Assembly: GCA_964019335.1 (NCBI GenBank)
Contig: OZ025652.1
Span: 372,001 to 436,000 of the forward strand
DNA length: 64,000 nt
Direction: 5' to 3'
Source: Diplonema japonicum
Taxonomy: Eukaryota > Protista > Euglenozoa: Diplonemea
A program made the position numbers and the translations under genes. The notes beneath the pieces were generated by a model. That model ran no database searches and was not told the origin of the DNA. It saw nothing but the letters and a program-made list of their open reading frames with translations. Below, one piece after another: positions 12,603-24,134 of this stretch. Positions within the stretch are counted from its first letter, which is position 1; each line of letters opens with the position of its first letter.

Positions 12603-14203
12603 TCACGGGGTAGCAAAGGGACCGTCCACCTTGATCATGCACGTCTTCGTCTGTTTTGAAGAAGAAAAAAAAAAGGATGAAATTTATCTTACATTCCCGA
12701 TTTCCATACCTCACTGTACAAGGACATGACATGGGGGCCAAGCTCTCTGCCGATGCCGGACATCTTGAAGCCACCGAAGGGCTGTGCCGTGTCGAAGGAG
12801 TTGTAGGTGTTCACCCACACAGTCCCAGCCTTCACATCGTCCAGGTAACGGAAGGCGGTGTTGATGTCCTTGGTGAAGATGCCCGCAGCAAGCCCGTAGC
12901 AGGAGTCGTTCGCCCTCCTGATCACCTCATCCATCGTCTTGTAGCTCATCACAGACATCACGGGGCCGAAGATCTCCTCCCTTGCGATTGTCATGTCGTC
13001 CGTCACGTTCGTGAAGACAGTGGGCTGGATGAAGTATCCCTTCGAGTGGGCCTTCTTCCCCCCCACCACGCAGTTCGCACCCTCAGCCTTCCCCTTCTTG
13101 ATGTACCCGTACACAGTGTTGAACTGCTCCTCGCTCACCTGAGGGCCCATCTGCACATCGGCGCTGAAGGGGTTCCCCTGCACCCTCTTCTTCGTTGCCT
13201 CCACAAGCTTCCTCACGAACTCATCGTGGACGTTCTCGTGGACGAACACCCTGGAGGAGGCGGTGCACACCTGGCCTTGGTTGAAGAAGACACCCACCTG
13301 TGCAGCCGCCACAGCATTGTCAAGGTCCGCGTCCTCGCAGATCACGAGGGGTGACTTCCCACCCAGCTCGAGGGACACGGATTTCAGGTTGCTCTCAGCA
13401 GCAGCCTTCATGATGACGTGCCCGATGGCGGTGGAACCGGTGAACCCGATCTTGTCAACATCCATGTGCTTCGCGAGGATTCCACCACAAGTGGGGCCGA
13501 AACCCGGGAGGATGCTCACCACACCAGGGGGGAAGCCGGCCGCAACGATGAGCTCAGCGAGACGGAGCGCCGTCAAAGGGGTCTGCTCAGCAGGCTTCAC
13601 GATGATGCAGTTCCCTGCAGCAAGGGCCGGGGCAAGCTTCCAAGTAGCCATGAGGAGGGGGAAGTTCCACGGGATCACCGCAGCGCACACACCCTTCGGC
13701 TCCACCTTGGTGAAGGACATGAAGTCCCCGTCCACAGGCATGGTCTGCCCCATGATCTTGTCAGCCCAACCAGCGAAGTACCTGAAGCACTTGATGCAGA
13801 GCTGAAGGTCGACGTTCTTCGACTCCCCAAGGGGCTTCCCGTTGTCGAGGGTCTCGAGGGTCGCGAGTTCCTCCTGGTACTCCTCGATGAGGTCAGCAAG
13901 CTTCAGGAGGAGGTCCCTCCTCTTGGACCCGTCGGTCTTCCTCCACCCTTCGAACGCCTTCCTGGCGGCAGTCACTGCGGTGTTAACGTCAACCTCCCTC
14001 GCCTCCGCCACCTGGCAGATCTCCTCCCCAGTCGCGGGGTTGATCGTGGCAAAGGTGTGCCCGCCGGCAGCGTCCACGAACTTGTTGTTGATCAAGAGCT
14101 TCGTCTGGAAAGGAGCAGCCGAGGAACCGTTCGAGTTCTTCTTTGCAGAGAAGCGGCCCTTCTTCGCGGGCCTCTCATAATCGCTGGAGTCATCGCTGTA
14201 CAT
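12603..14203 (-). CDS. Aldehyde dehydrogenase, copy 2 (identical protein); 2 exons
   Basis: Same sequence as copy 1 at offset 2581, including intron 12651-12709. Confidence 0.95.
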
Positions 14204-14647
14204 CTTGATGTGCTGTGCGGGTGGTCTGGTGTGAAATTAGAGATAAGCCCACTTAGAGGCGGCACACAACTGCAAAGATTCGTACCTCGTGGAAGGGAGA
14301 AAGGACTATAAAAGAACAGTAAAAAAAAAGGGGTAAAAAAAAAAAAAAAAACGAAGAAAAAAAGAAGGAAAAAAAGAGCCATCCCTCGCCCTTGGCAGCA
14401 GTAGACACCAAAAGACTGTAACATGCATCTTCTGAGCGCACAAGGGGGCGGAGCAGAACCAAGCGAAAAGCACAAAAGAAAAAAAAAAGGTCGTAAATTT
14501 CTTTTTTTAAATAACGAGGAAGCGGGGGCTGCTCTACTTTAGGGCAGGAGCGAACTTTGGGTTTGTAAAAAAAAAGAAGAAAAAAAAAAGAAAAAAAAAA
14601 AAAAAAAAAACAACAACAACACGCTGAACTATCGACAACACTCATTT

Positions 14648-16537
14648 CTACAGGGAAACAAGACGTAGAATGGAATTTTTCACAATCTCGAAGCCTTCCA
14701 CCGTGAGGATCGACTCGGGATGGAACTGGAAGGACTCCCAGTGAGGCCCTCTCGTAGACAGCATTTCAGGACCATCCAAAGCCACTTCTGTGATCGGACA
14801 TTTCGCTACCTTCTCCGCATCGTGCACAGCGTAGTAAGCATTGTAAAAGCCCACGTCGTACTTCTTGCCGTACAAATCAACCTCCTTCTGTATACCTTGT
14901 GTGGGGAGGTCCTTTTGGATAACCTCAAAACCAAGGTGGTGTGATAAGACCTGGTGTCCTAAGCACACTGCCAAAAACGGTTTTTTATGTTCGAGTAGGT
15001 ACTCTAAGTATTGTTTTACCATTTTCATTTTTCCGTCGTCTCTGCTTGCGTCTGTTGGGTCGCCTGGTCCGGGGCCTACAACACACACGTCCGCATTGTC
15101 GATTAGCTTCAGAGATTCAGGGGAATTGGTCTCCCAGAAGTTCAACACAGTGACATCGCAACCTGTTCTTTCCAAAATGTGTCGCAGCATAAAGATGAAA
15201 TCGTCCTCGTTGTGGGACAGAACAACCTTCTTCCCCTTCAGGTTGTGGTGCACAAGATCCTCGTTTTCGATCAGGCTCATCCAGAACCTTGAGGTGTTCA
15301 CGTTTCTCGTTGCTAACTGTTTCTTGACGTCCTCGTCGTCGTCGGCGTTTAAACGTGTGAACTCGCGATCGACCTTCAAGGCAGTGATGGCACCTCGTAC
15401 CTTCGCCTCGCATTCTGCGAACTCTTCAGAAGGAATCGAATCTTTGACAAGGGTAGCACCAACACGGATTGAAAACTCCCCAGTAGGCTCCACTTCCAAT
15501 GTTCTAATCGTGATCGAAGAATCAAGGAAATCTTCGCCGTCGGCTTCCCTTCCCAACAGCATGACACATGACGAGTAGTATGACCTCGTTCTTGGTTCGT
15601 ATTTTGCGACGATCTTGCAAGCATTGCCGACAGGGGATCCGATCACGGTGGGAGCGAACATCGATTTGCGGAGTAGAGACACGACGTCCTCTCCCTTGTT
15701 GGGCTTCCCCTCCAGCAGGTACTCTGTGTGGATGAGGTGTGCCATTTCTTTCAACAGCGGGCCCACGATTCTCCCACCGACACCGCACATTGTGGACATC
15801 ATTTTAAGCTCTTCATCGGTCACCATGAACAGCTCGTTGATTTCTTTCTTGTCCTGCAAAAACTTTTTCAGAGCAGCAAGCTCTTCATCACGTGAGTTTG
15901 AAGGTGTCTTACGGAATGTACCGGAGATGGGGTTCATGAGAGCCTTGCCATGGCGGACGGAAAGCTGTCTTTCAGGCGATGCGCCAATGAAGTACCTTAC
16001 ACCGTCGAAGAAGAGGAACTTCCAGTAGCAGCCGTACTCGTTCTTCAGAAGGCGTTTGTAGATGGATCTTGCCGCGGCGTCTGAAAAATCATCGATGGTT
16101 CCCATGCATTTTCTGGGTGTTACAAAGGAACTGCCCTCGCCCTTCCCGATTTCATCCTCAACGATTTTCTTGATGATCGCTTCGTACTCGTCTTTTGTCT
16201 TGTCGAAGGTCATCTCTGCTGTCATGCCAACCTCCATTGCTTCGAACGACGCAAGGTACGCGTCCACCGTTAAGGTTTCTGTCTTCTCGATGTCCATGCA
16301 GCGGATCTTCTCCCCTTCGTTCTTCGCCTCGTACAGGGCGCTCCCGCCCAGCGATCTCTCCGTCATCGTGGAAAAGGGGAGAATAGAAAACGTGTCGAAA
16401 ACTGCACTGCCTCCCGTAGCCCCCTTCTTCCTTGGTATGCCATCCAGCATATCCACATCCTTCACCGGCCCCGTCAGTCTCGTGAGCGTGTTCTCCTTCG
16501 CACCCTCTTCGTTTTGGATCAACACATATGGTTCCAT
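14648..16537 (-). CDS. PhzE-family fused chorismate-binding (MST) + GATase1 enzyme (ADIC/anthranilate synthase)
   Basis: GASPERQL..MNPISGTFR, KEINELFMVTDEELKMM, GPLLKEMAHLIHTEY, VGATLVKDS. GATase motifs GPGPGDP, AVCLGHQ, QFHPES. Intronless; ATG at 16537 after an A-tract. Confidence 0.85.
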   Translation of the reverse strand: MEPYVLIQNEEGAKENTLTRLTGPVKDVDMLDGIPRKKGATGGSAVFDTFSILPFSTMTERSLGGSALYEAKNEGEKIRCMDIEKTETLTVDAYLASFEAMEVGMTAEMTFDKTKDEYEAIIKKIVEDEIGKGEGSSFVTPRKCMGTIDDFSDAAARSIYKRLLKNEYGCYWKFLFFDGVRYFIGASPERQLSVRHGKALMNPISGTFRKTPSNSRDEELAALKKFLQDKKEINELFMVTDEELKMMSTMCGVGGRIVGPLLKEMAHLIHTEYLLEGKPNKGEDVVSLLRKSMFAPTVIGSPVGNACKIVAKYEPRTRSYYSSCVMLLGREADGEDFLDSSITIRTLEVEPTGEFSIRVGATLVKDSIPSEEFAECEAKVRGAITALKVDREFTRLNADDDEDVKKQLATRNVNTSRFWMSLIENEDLVHHNLKGKKVVLSHNEDDFIFMLRHILERTGCDVTVLNFWETNSPESLKLIDNADVCVVGPGPGDPTDASRDDGKMKMVKQYLEYLLEHKKPFLAVCLGHQVLSHHLGFEVIQKDLPTQGIQKEVDLYGKKYDVGFYNAYYAVHDAEKVAKCPITEVALDGPEMLSTRGPHWESFQFHPESILTVEGFEIVKNSILRLVSL

Positions 16538-16836
16538 TTTCCCTCCTTTTTTCGTTTTTTTTTTTAATCGTTTCTTTTCCCCCCTCTCTCTCACCCACCT
16601 GTGAATGTTTGCATCGCAAGAAAGTGCTGTTGCTTTTTTTTTTTATTATTATTATTATTTCCTTTTTTTCTTTTTTTTTCTTTTTCTTTTGAACCGGAGA
16701 GATGACAGGGTTCGTGGAGAGAGAAGAGAAAGCGGGGGCAAACAAACTTAGTCGGTTCATACGCACGTGGCACGAATGGATCGGTACTACATATTGTAAA
16801 TAGATAAAAAAGGGGGGAGGGGGGCGCACATTTCAT

Positions 16837-17799
16837 TCATCTAACTTTCCTGTCGGGCGACCCTGCGCCCAGTTCAAGGAGAGCGTTGTATGTAAGTTCT
16901 TGTTCATTGAGTACAGAGAGCTGCAGGGCGGTGTAGCCCATGCTATCTTTGAGGTGCACATTGCAGCCGTTGGAGGCGAGGAGGCGCACGATATCAACCT
17001 CGCCAAGGCGAGAGGCGCAGTGGAGCGGAGTGCGTCCTCCGGCGTCAATGGAGTCAATCGTCGCCGATTTGGCTAATAAAGACTCAATGAGGTGAGGGGA
17101 TCCGACTAGCGCAGCATGGTGGAGCGGTGTCCGGCCGTTATTGTCAGCCAAAGAGACATCTAGCTCCTGCGCCATTAGAATGTCGAATATGCTGTCGTGT
17201 TGACACTTAACAGCAAGGTGGAGGGGGGTCTCACCATCTCTGTTAATGGCGTTCAGATCAACGCCTGCACCAAGCAGTGTGTGTACAGTGTCTGTGCTGC
17301 CCGTCCATGTTGCGTGGTGCAGAGGTGTCCAACCGTCGTTATCGGTTTCTGTTTTGTTACTTTTGAAGGTCAAAAGGAGGTCCGTCGTGGAGTTGTGTCC
17401 CTTGGCTGCCGCAAGGTGTAATGCGGTTCGCCCGCGTTCATCCTTTTGGTCCAGCATCGAACCGTGTTTCAAAAGAGCATTGCATGAATTTGTAGCCCCG
17501 TTCCACGCAGCGTAGTGTAGAGGCGATTGGCCTACAGCGTCCGTCTTGTTTACTACCGTCTCGGGGGATGTGAGCACCACGGCGATCAGGAACTCGTGTT
17601 GGTCGTTCTTCGCAGCGTGGTGGGCGAGGCTGTTCCCGTTGTCGTCGCGCACACCCGCATCCACGCAGCCCAGCACCAGCAGTTCACGGGCCTTCTCGAC
17701 GTCGCCTTCTACCGCAGACCTGAAGAGCTCGCGTGTTACATTCTTCTTTTTCTCCTCCGGAGTGAGCACTTCCACAGCCGCCTGCCTTCTGCTTCGCAT
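16837..17799 (-). CDS. Ankyrin-repeat protein
   Basis: About 8 G.TPLH.A-type repeats. Confidence 0.9.
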   Translation of the reverse strand: MRSRRQAAVEVLTPEEKKKNVTRELFRSAVEGDVEKARELLVLGCVDAGVRDDNGNSLAHHAAKNDQHEFLIAVVLTSPETVVNKTDAVGQSPLHYAAWNGATNSCNALLKHGSMLDQKDERGRTALHLAAAKGHNSTTDLLLTFKSNKTETDNDGWTPLHHATWTGSTDTVHTLLGAGVDLNAINRDGETPLHLAVKCQHDSIFDILMAQELDVSLADNNGRTPLHHAALVGSPHLIESLLAKSATIDSIDAGGRTPLHCASRLGEVDIVRLLASNGCNVHLKDSMGYTALQLSVLNEQELTYNALLELGAGSPDRKVR

Positions 17800-18206
17800 G
17801 TTGATCTGTTACACAACGCCTGCAATAGAAAAAAATTTGTTTCTCGTTTAAATTTAAACTGTACCGATAAAAAAACAAACAAAAAAAGATCACTATGATG
17901 GGGGACAAGTGTTAGCAACGGCCCACCGGGGAGGGGGGGGGTTGAGATAAAAAGGGGGGGGGCAGAAAAAAAGGAGGGGATTGGAGAACAAAAGCAAAAA
18001 GAGGCAGGGTGTTGAAGGGGGAAAAAAAAAAATATTTAAGACTTTTTCTTTTTTTTTTGAAAGAAGGGGAAGCAGAGGACGGGGCAAAAAAAGAACAGGA
18101 AAAAAAAGGGTTTTACAGCAGCCAACTATCCCCCCCCCCCCCCCCCCCCCAACCTTGGAAACTGTACAAAATATAAATAAAGGGGATGTTGAAGGAAACT
18201 ACAATG

Positions 18207-18261
<55 letters not shown>

Positions 18262-18315
18262 AACTTACCAAACCTTTTTTTGGGATAAATTCGGTTTTTT
18301 TTCTTTTTTCCCCAC

Positions 18316-19770
18316 TCAAATTTTCACATCTATTTCAGTGGCGGGTGAAGACCACAATGCTTTGTTCAACCCTCGATGGTGGAGGAGCAACGTGGTTTGG
18401 AGTGCGAGAAGCTCTTCAAGTGCGATGTGACCCCCATCCCAATACATCCCGATATACCCTTTCCGGACAGCTTCGACATCAGAAGGATTGAGGAGAGAAG
18501 AGGCATGACCGGACGAAGCAAGCTCATCAGCCAAGGTAACCATTGAGTAGTCCTCAACCATAACAACAGGACAGGGCAGGTGTGCCTCATCTTTGGAGTT
18601 GAAAGAGGAAGAGAATATGGAGAAATTATCTTCACCAAAAGTGGGAAGTGAAACCAGAACACAATCAAACCCAAATCCAGGGTTCGCGGCTAATACGTCG
18701 AAAAGCGTACTTGCCCAGAGCTTGGGGACATTTGGGAACTTACCTTTAAACTCGCCACAGCCAATGGCACATAACACAGGATATTTAACACCCTCCCCTG
18801 CCATAACCGTCAGTGCGTGCGACCATACTTCTTTCATCGTTTTCGTCACGATTTTCTCGTTCAGGTGCTTCCGCTTCGTCCCTTCTGTTGTGCAGAAATA
18901 CCCCAGGTCCTCCTGAGAATACTCGAAATTTATCCCGGGGATGCTGCAAGCCAGCACTGTGTTTGTTTGGGACTTTGATCTGTACTGGTTGTCGAACGTG
19001 ATGTAAACGGGACCTGAAACCATTACTTGCTTCGATTCGACGTGTTCAAGTGGAGTCAGAACGTGTTTGGGGGGCAGGATTGTGGTTTCGGGGCCGTCTG
19101 AAAGACCCCCGGATACAACGGTGATCTTCGCTGCATTTTTAAGTTTCTGCGCATCACCGCAGTTTAGCTTGAATTTCTTGCCGATGTTGAGCTCGGTGTC
19201 ATCGTCGAGATCCATTTGGTTTTTCAATTGGATTTTCATCCCTGACTCGGCAGGCCGTCTTCCGAGGGCTATCAGCCATTCCCTTACATGGGATAGCATT
19301 CTATTTGCTGCAGAGGCAAGGGGGATCCTTGTGATCCGCGGGCACTCTTCGAGAAGTGAGGAAATGACAGCAATCGTTTTCTTGTTGAGCTTTCTAGCTC
19401 CAAACGTCATAACCTGTGTCTCATCATCAGGGAGGGTTATTTTCTTTACAGGCGACATGCTTCGCTTTTGTTTTTTTCTCCTTGCGGGGCTGGTTGACCG
19501 GGCGGTTCTTTTTCTTGGAGCCGGTCGTGGTATTTCGGTTTCTTCTGAGGTCTTCCCGATGGCCCGTTGGACCTTGTCGCCGTTTCTTCTTTTCGTGGTC
19601 ATGATGCATGCTTCCAAGTCCAAACCCCATGTGCCCACAGAGACTTTTGTTTTCCCTCCCTTCTCCGCTTGTTGTATTTTCTCGTTTTGTTTTTGCGTGA
19701 AGCTTGTCCACCCTTCACCACCGTCGCAGGTACCAGCCTTTCCGTTACCTGTCCATTTGAACCAGCTCAT
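18316..19770 (-). CDS. WWE-like N-terminus + macrodomain/PARG-like C-terminus protein
   Basis: W..W..F...QNEKIQQA...GKTKVSV.TWGLDL resembles WWE. VLCAIGCGEF resembles the macro-fold phosphate-binding loop. Basic NLS-like linker. Confidence 0.5.
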   Translation of the reverse strand: MSWFKWTGNGKAGTCDGGEGWTSFTQKQNEKIQQAEKGGKTKVSVGTWGLDLEACIMTTKRRNGDKVQRAIGKTSEETEIPRPAPRKRTARSTSPARRKKQKRSMSPVKKITLPDDETQVMTFGARKLNKKTIAVISSLLEECPRITRIPLASAANRMLSHVREWLIALGRRPAESGMKIQLKNQMDLDDDTELNIGKKFKLNCGDAQKLKNAAKITVVSGGLSDGPETTILPPKHVLTPLEHVESKQVMVSGPVYITFDNQYRSKSQTNTVLACSIPGINFEYSQEDLGYFCTTEGTKRKHLNEKIVTKTMKEVWSHALTVMAGEGVKYPVLCAIGCGEFKGKFPNVPKLWASTLFDVLAANPGFGFDCVLVSLPTFGEDNFSIFSSSFNSKDEAHLPCPVVMVEDYSMVTLADELASSGHASSLLNPSDVEAVRKGYIGMYWDGGHIALEELLALQTTLLLHHRGLNKALWSSPATEIDVKI

Positions 19771-19847
19771 TTTTTTTTTTTTTTTGTTACTCACCACCTC
19801 CCTCTTTAGTAAGATGCTAATGTTCGAAATAGGAAGAATAAGAATTT

Positions 19848-19878
<31 letters not shown>

Positions 19879-20060
19879 CCAACCCATCGTAGGTTTTTTT
19901 TTCAAAAAAAAAAAAAGAAGAAAAAAGAAACACTGAGAAGAATAAGGGGGGAAAAAAAGAAGAAAAAAAACACACCAAAAAAAAGGAAAAAAAAAAAGAA
20001 AAAAAAACACTTTTGATCGATTTTCTTTTTTAAAAAAAAAACCCTTTCTCTTCCTTTTTT

Positions 20061-21689
20061 TTACTTGTCAGTGAGGGGACGGTATTTAAGGTTCATGAGG
20101 CCGTTTGTAGCGGTTTTTACGAGACCTGAGACGGCTGCAGGGCTTGTCGGTGTGTTGACAGAGGACAAGAGGAGCTCGCACAGTCGAGAGCTGGTGATAT
20201 CTTCAGAAGGACACGCGCCGTAGGTCTCAAGGTTTTTATCGAGGATACTGAAAGCAGCAAGGGCATCCTTTCGGGAAAAAAATCGCTTTTTCAAACTTTC
20301 CTACATACCTCATTCACAGCGCCATCCTCAACCATCTCCTCGTCATCAACAGGCTCCGGAGTTTCTGCCAGATCTTCCGCCTCCCACTGTTTTTGGAGTT
20401 TTTCCCCCTCCCCCCCTTCTTTCTTTTTTTTAAAGTACCTGTTCTTGCAACTCCTGAGTGAGCGCATTCTTTTCTTTCTCTCGTTCCGCTTTGCATTCCT
20501 GCAGTTCTTCATCGGTTTTACCTTTTTTTTTTTTGAAGAAAAAATTCAATTAGAAAAAAAAGAAAAAAAAAAAAAGACCTTCATCATCCTCTCTCCATTT
20601 CTCTTCCATTTCCTCGTATCTCGCTTTGAGGATTTCGTCTCTTGCTTCTTTCTTCACCCGTTTGCTGCCTTCGAGTGCTTCCTTGTGCTCCTGTCGCTTC
20701 CTCTTGCGGCCTTGTTGGATCAAGGCACTGCTTCGGTTGTTCTGGAGTGTAATAGCGATGATATCCCCGGCAGCCTGCAAGGTCCATTCTGAGAGGAGCT
20801 CTGTTACTAGTGCAAGTTCCCAGTGCGCCGACGGCCTTTTGAGGCATTCTATAAGTGTCACGGCCACTGGAGCGCCCCATGATGTGGTCTCGATGGCTTT
20901 GTCGACTACATCGGTTTCAACAATTTTCTTCTCGATTTTCTTCCGGATCTCTTTTACGATTTCTGTTTTTCTGTCTTCATCAGTCTCCCCTTCTTGTCCT
21001 GGGAGCTCTTTTTCAACCTCAACCTCGACTTCGACCTCCTCCTCAACTTCTTTTTTCACCTTTGTTATAATCTCTTTTTCCACGCATTGTTGCAAACCGT
21101 GCACCCCAAACTCCCCTTCTAGTTCCCAAAGCAGCGGGAGCATAACAACGGTGGTGCTCGTCATCGCTGGTTTTTCCTCGTTTCCTGGTATCTTGGACTC
21201 AAACGTGGCGAACTTACACCATTTGTCCTCCGGCAACGCTGATAGATCCAACCCACATTGTGCTTCAAGATGCCGGGTTGCTGTATTAATGAGAGTTTGT
21301 AGGGAGGTGGTGTCCTCACCGTCCTTTGAAGCATCGTGTGTCCCCCCGTAGAATCTATCTTTCTTTGACAAGCCCTTCTTGGCCATCACCATGCTTACCT
21401 TGAATGGGAAGAATCTTGTAGGGACCTTCGGTGCGTTCAGGAGCAGCACCTTTACACTCACTTCGCTATCGCAGTAGGGGAGCTCTCCCATGTGCTTCAC
21501 GGGTTTCCTTTCTATTGTCACCCGCCCGCCTTCGCTCCACCATGGGAACCCCACCTCTGTGCCTACCATCTCGGCGGTCACCCTCCATAGCTCTTTGGGG
21601 AACTTCACGTTCTTGTACCGTGTCTTCAGTTCCGCGATGGTCCTGACCCTCGACTGCAGGTCATCCATCTTCTTCTTGCTCAACGCCAT
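20061..21689 (-). CDS. CCAR1/DBC1-like protein, 4 exons
   Basis: Exons 21689-20579, 20521-20439, 20386-20309, 20267-20061. DBC1-like motif YGG...KDG.D...LINTATRHL...GLDLS....W.KF, and a C-terminal EF-hand-like AFSILDKN. Confidence 0.6.
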
Positions 21690-22045
21690 CGTCGCCCTGT
21701 GCTTGCCGTGTGATCGCAGTTCAGGGGGGGGGGTATTAAAAATAAAGACGTTTACTTAAAGGAGCATCGGGAGGATGGAGGGGTTCAACAACACTTTTTC
21801 ACATCACGGAACTATGAGGGAGGAAAGTGGGAGCAGTAAAATAACATTATCGACGCAAATGGGAGGATTGGGGAAGCACATGAAGAATGGAAACAATGCA
21901 AACTTTTTAAGGAAGCTTCGTGCCTAAGGGTCTCACGAGCTGAGGTGTCGTGGACGAGAGAAACAAAGGAGGCACAGGGGACAAGGGGAGAGGGGTTTCA
22001 TTTCAAAATCATGCTGACATTGAATTTGTTTTTTTTTTTTCCTGT

Positions 22046-23398
22046 TCACAGACCCGGCCAGTTGCCTGTGGTGGGGTCACACTTGGTGTAGACGGGGGCG
22101 GGGCCCCACCTCCAGGTGGGCTTGATGATGTCGTTGAGGTTGGAGGCGAGCTCGGGGGCGAGCCTGGTGCCGTTGGGGTTGGTGGTGGGGCTGGGGTTCA
22201 CGGACCACACGAAGGCCCCGAGGAAGCCATTCTGCATAGCGTAGGTGGCGATCTCCTTGTCGGCTGCCATGCCTTCCCACACACCGCCTGCCGCCTGCTC
22301 ACCAGGTTCGAATCCGATGTTGATCTTCTCCTTCGGGACCTTCCCGTAGGTCACGAAGTTGTTCATGATGGTCGTGAAGTTCAGCTGCAGCGCCCCAGCA
22401 GGTGTCCCCGCGTCATAGGCCATGATGTTCGCCGTGTCGAAGCTCGCCCCCGACTGCGGCCAGATCTTTGCTCCTTCGTTGTCGGTGGCGAAGGTCTGGT
22501 TCGGGCGCGGGCTCCCCGGCAGCAGGTAGTTCCAAGGGTTCCCTGCAGGGAGGAAGGCGTTGAAGCGTGTTGTCCACGACACCTCCAGGTGGTCAGGCCC
22601 GTTCTTCCCCACCTCGTCCATGAAGTTCATGTTCGTCTGGTAGTAGGGCTTCATGTCTGCCTGCTGCCACGGCTGCAGGGCGTTGTACTCCGCCTGAAGC
22701 TGCTGCTTCCTCGTCGCGGCGAAGCTGCTCCACTGCGGCTTCACGTTGGTGTCGAGCTCCTCGCGCAGTGCTGCCACTAGCGCGTTGTACGCAGCGAACT
22801 CGTCGTCGCCGTTGATCGTCGCGAACGGCGTCAGGTGCTCGAAGTCCAGGTCCACGCCATCTGCGAAGGTCCACAACACGAGCTTTCCCATTAGCTTTGC
22901 GATTGAACGCGCGTTTTGAACGTTCCCCACGCGGGCAAAGTCGCTCCATCCGCCGAGAGAGATCTTGAATCTCTTCGGCCCGTCGGGGTGCATCTTCGCC
23001 ATGCGAGAGGACTCAGCGATCGACACGATGCCAGGGGTCGCCGCAGACGTGGATGGGGTGATGGCCGCCGCACCGTTCTTCGATGCTGCTGCCAGGTAGA
23101 TGGCCTTTTCGTCCCACACGGGGCACGGTCCTGAAGCGCCGCCTGTCCCGTTAGGAGCATTGCTGCAGCTCACCTGCGACGGTGTGGGTGTCTCCGTCAG
23201 GAAGGTGAACCCGTAGTTTACGCTGGAGTACGGCTTCAGCGACTTGATGTACGGCTGAGGTTCGAAGCATCCCATCAAGCAGTTCCCGGGGATATTGTTG
23301 TCCCACCATTTCACGTTTACCCAGTCCTCAAGGTACCCAAGCAGCTCGTTTCCACTGCATGCCCCTGCGAACAGCAGCACGAAGAGAAGTGTTTTCAT
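22046..23398 (-). CDS. Secreted GH18 chitinase-like glycoside hydrolase
   Basis: Signal peptide; KISLGGW, intact DGVDLDFE catalytic motif, IMAYD, GAFVWS. Confidence 0.85.
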   Translation of the reverse strand: MKTLLFVLLFAGACSGNELLGYLEDWVNVKWWDNNIPGNCLMGCFEPQPYIKSLKPYSSVNYGFTFLTETPTPSQVSCSNAPNGTGGASGPCPVWDEKAIYLAAASKNGAAAITPSTSAATPGIVSIAESSRMAKMHPDGPKRFKISLGGWSDFARVGNVQNARSIAKLMGKLVLWTFADGVDLDFEHLTPFATINGDDEFAAYNALVAALREELDTNVKPQWSSFAATRKQQLQAEYNALQPWQQADMKPYYQTNMNFMDEVGKNGPDHLEVSWTTRFNAFLPAGNPWNYLLPGSPRPNQTFATDNEGAKIWPQSGASFDTANIMAYDAGTPAGALQLNFTTIMNNFVTYGKVPKEKINIGFEPGEQAAGGVWEGMAADKEIATYAMQNGFLGAFVWSVNPSPTTNPNGTRLAPELASNLNDIIKPTWRWGPAPVYTKCDPTTGNWPGL

Positions 23399-24134
23399 TT
23401 TTTTTTTTAAACTTGAACCTGTGACAAAAAAAAACTGATTTGGAGGACTTCATTTTTAAAATGGAAATCGTAAAAAGAAAAAGGTGGGGGAGAAAAAAAA
23501 TATAAAAAGGAAGAAAGGGAGAAAGGTGGGGGGTGGGGGGGTAATGAACAGGCTTTTTTTAAAATTGTTGTTTTTATGTAGTTCTCGGCATCAAAAAAAA
23601 AGTGTTTCAGCACTCACATTTAAAAAAAAAAGAAAAAAAAAGAGAGAGAGAGAGAAAGGAATCTGAGAGGTTGGTTTGGAGAGCAGCAGGTATCTAAGAG
23701 AAGCTCCCAAAATACTGCCTGTCGCCTGCGCCGTTCCTCTTTTGTGTATCACAAAATAAGAAGTTAAATACAAAAAAATATATAAGAAAAGGGCTTTTTA
23801 TCATTGTGGCGATAAATGGTTTTTTGCAGCCCTACAAAGCTTCTTCTTTTTCTTTTTTGATTTCTTCCCTCCCTTTTTTTGATTCTACACTCCTTTCATT
23901 TCTTTTCTTTATTTTTTTCTTTTTCCCCTCACGGTATCATCAACATGCGTAGTTGTGCACTTGATAATACTCTGGAATTTTCTTTTTTCGTTTGGAACAA
24001 GGGAGCCGAGGGGGGGGGGGGGGGGGGGGGAGAGAAACAAAAAAAGGGGGGGGGAAACCCGTTAAGGGGAGACGGGGTAATCATAACGAAGAGACTCGCG
24101 GTGCAAAAATAAATAAGAAGAAGAAGCAAGAACC

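Noticed and set aside
10075-14311. Long plus-strand ORFs opposite ALDH (and opposite other GC-rich genes)
   Set aside because: Antisense shadows caused by codon bias; no recognisable motifs.
20061-21689. Apparent frameshifts or pseudogenes where ORFs break (also 34064-37084, 43025-45728)
   Set aside because: Every break is explained by a frame-restoring GT-AG intron; no recoding or alternative genetic code is needed.
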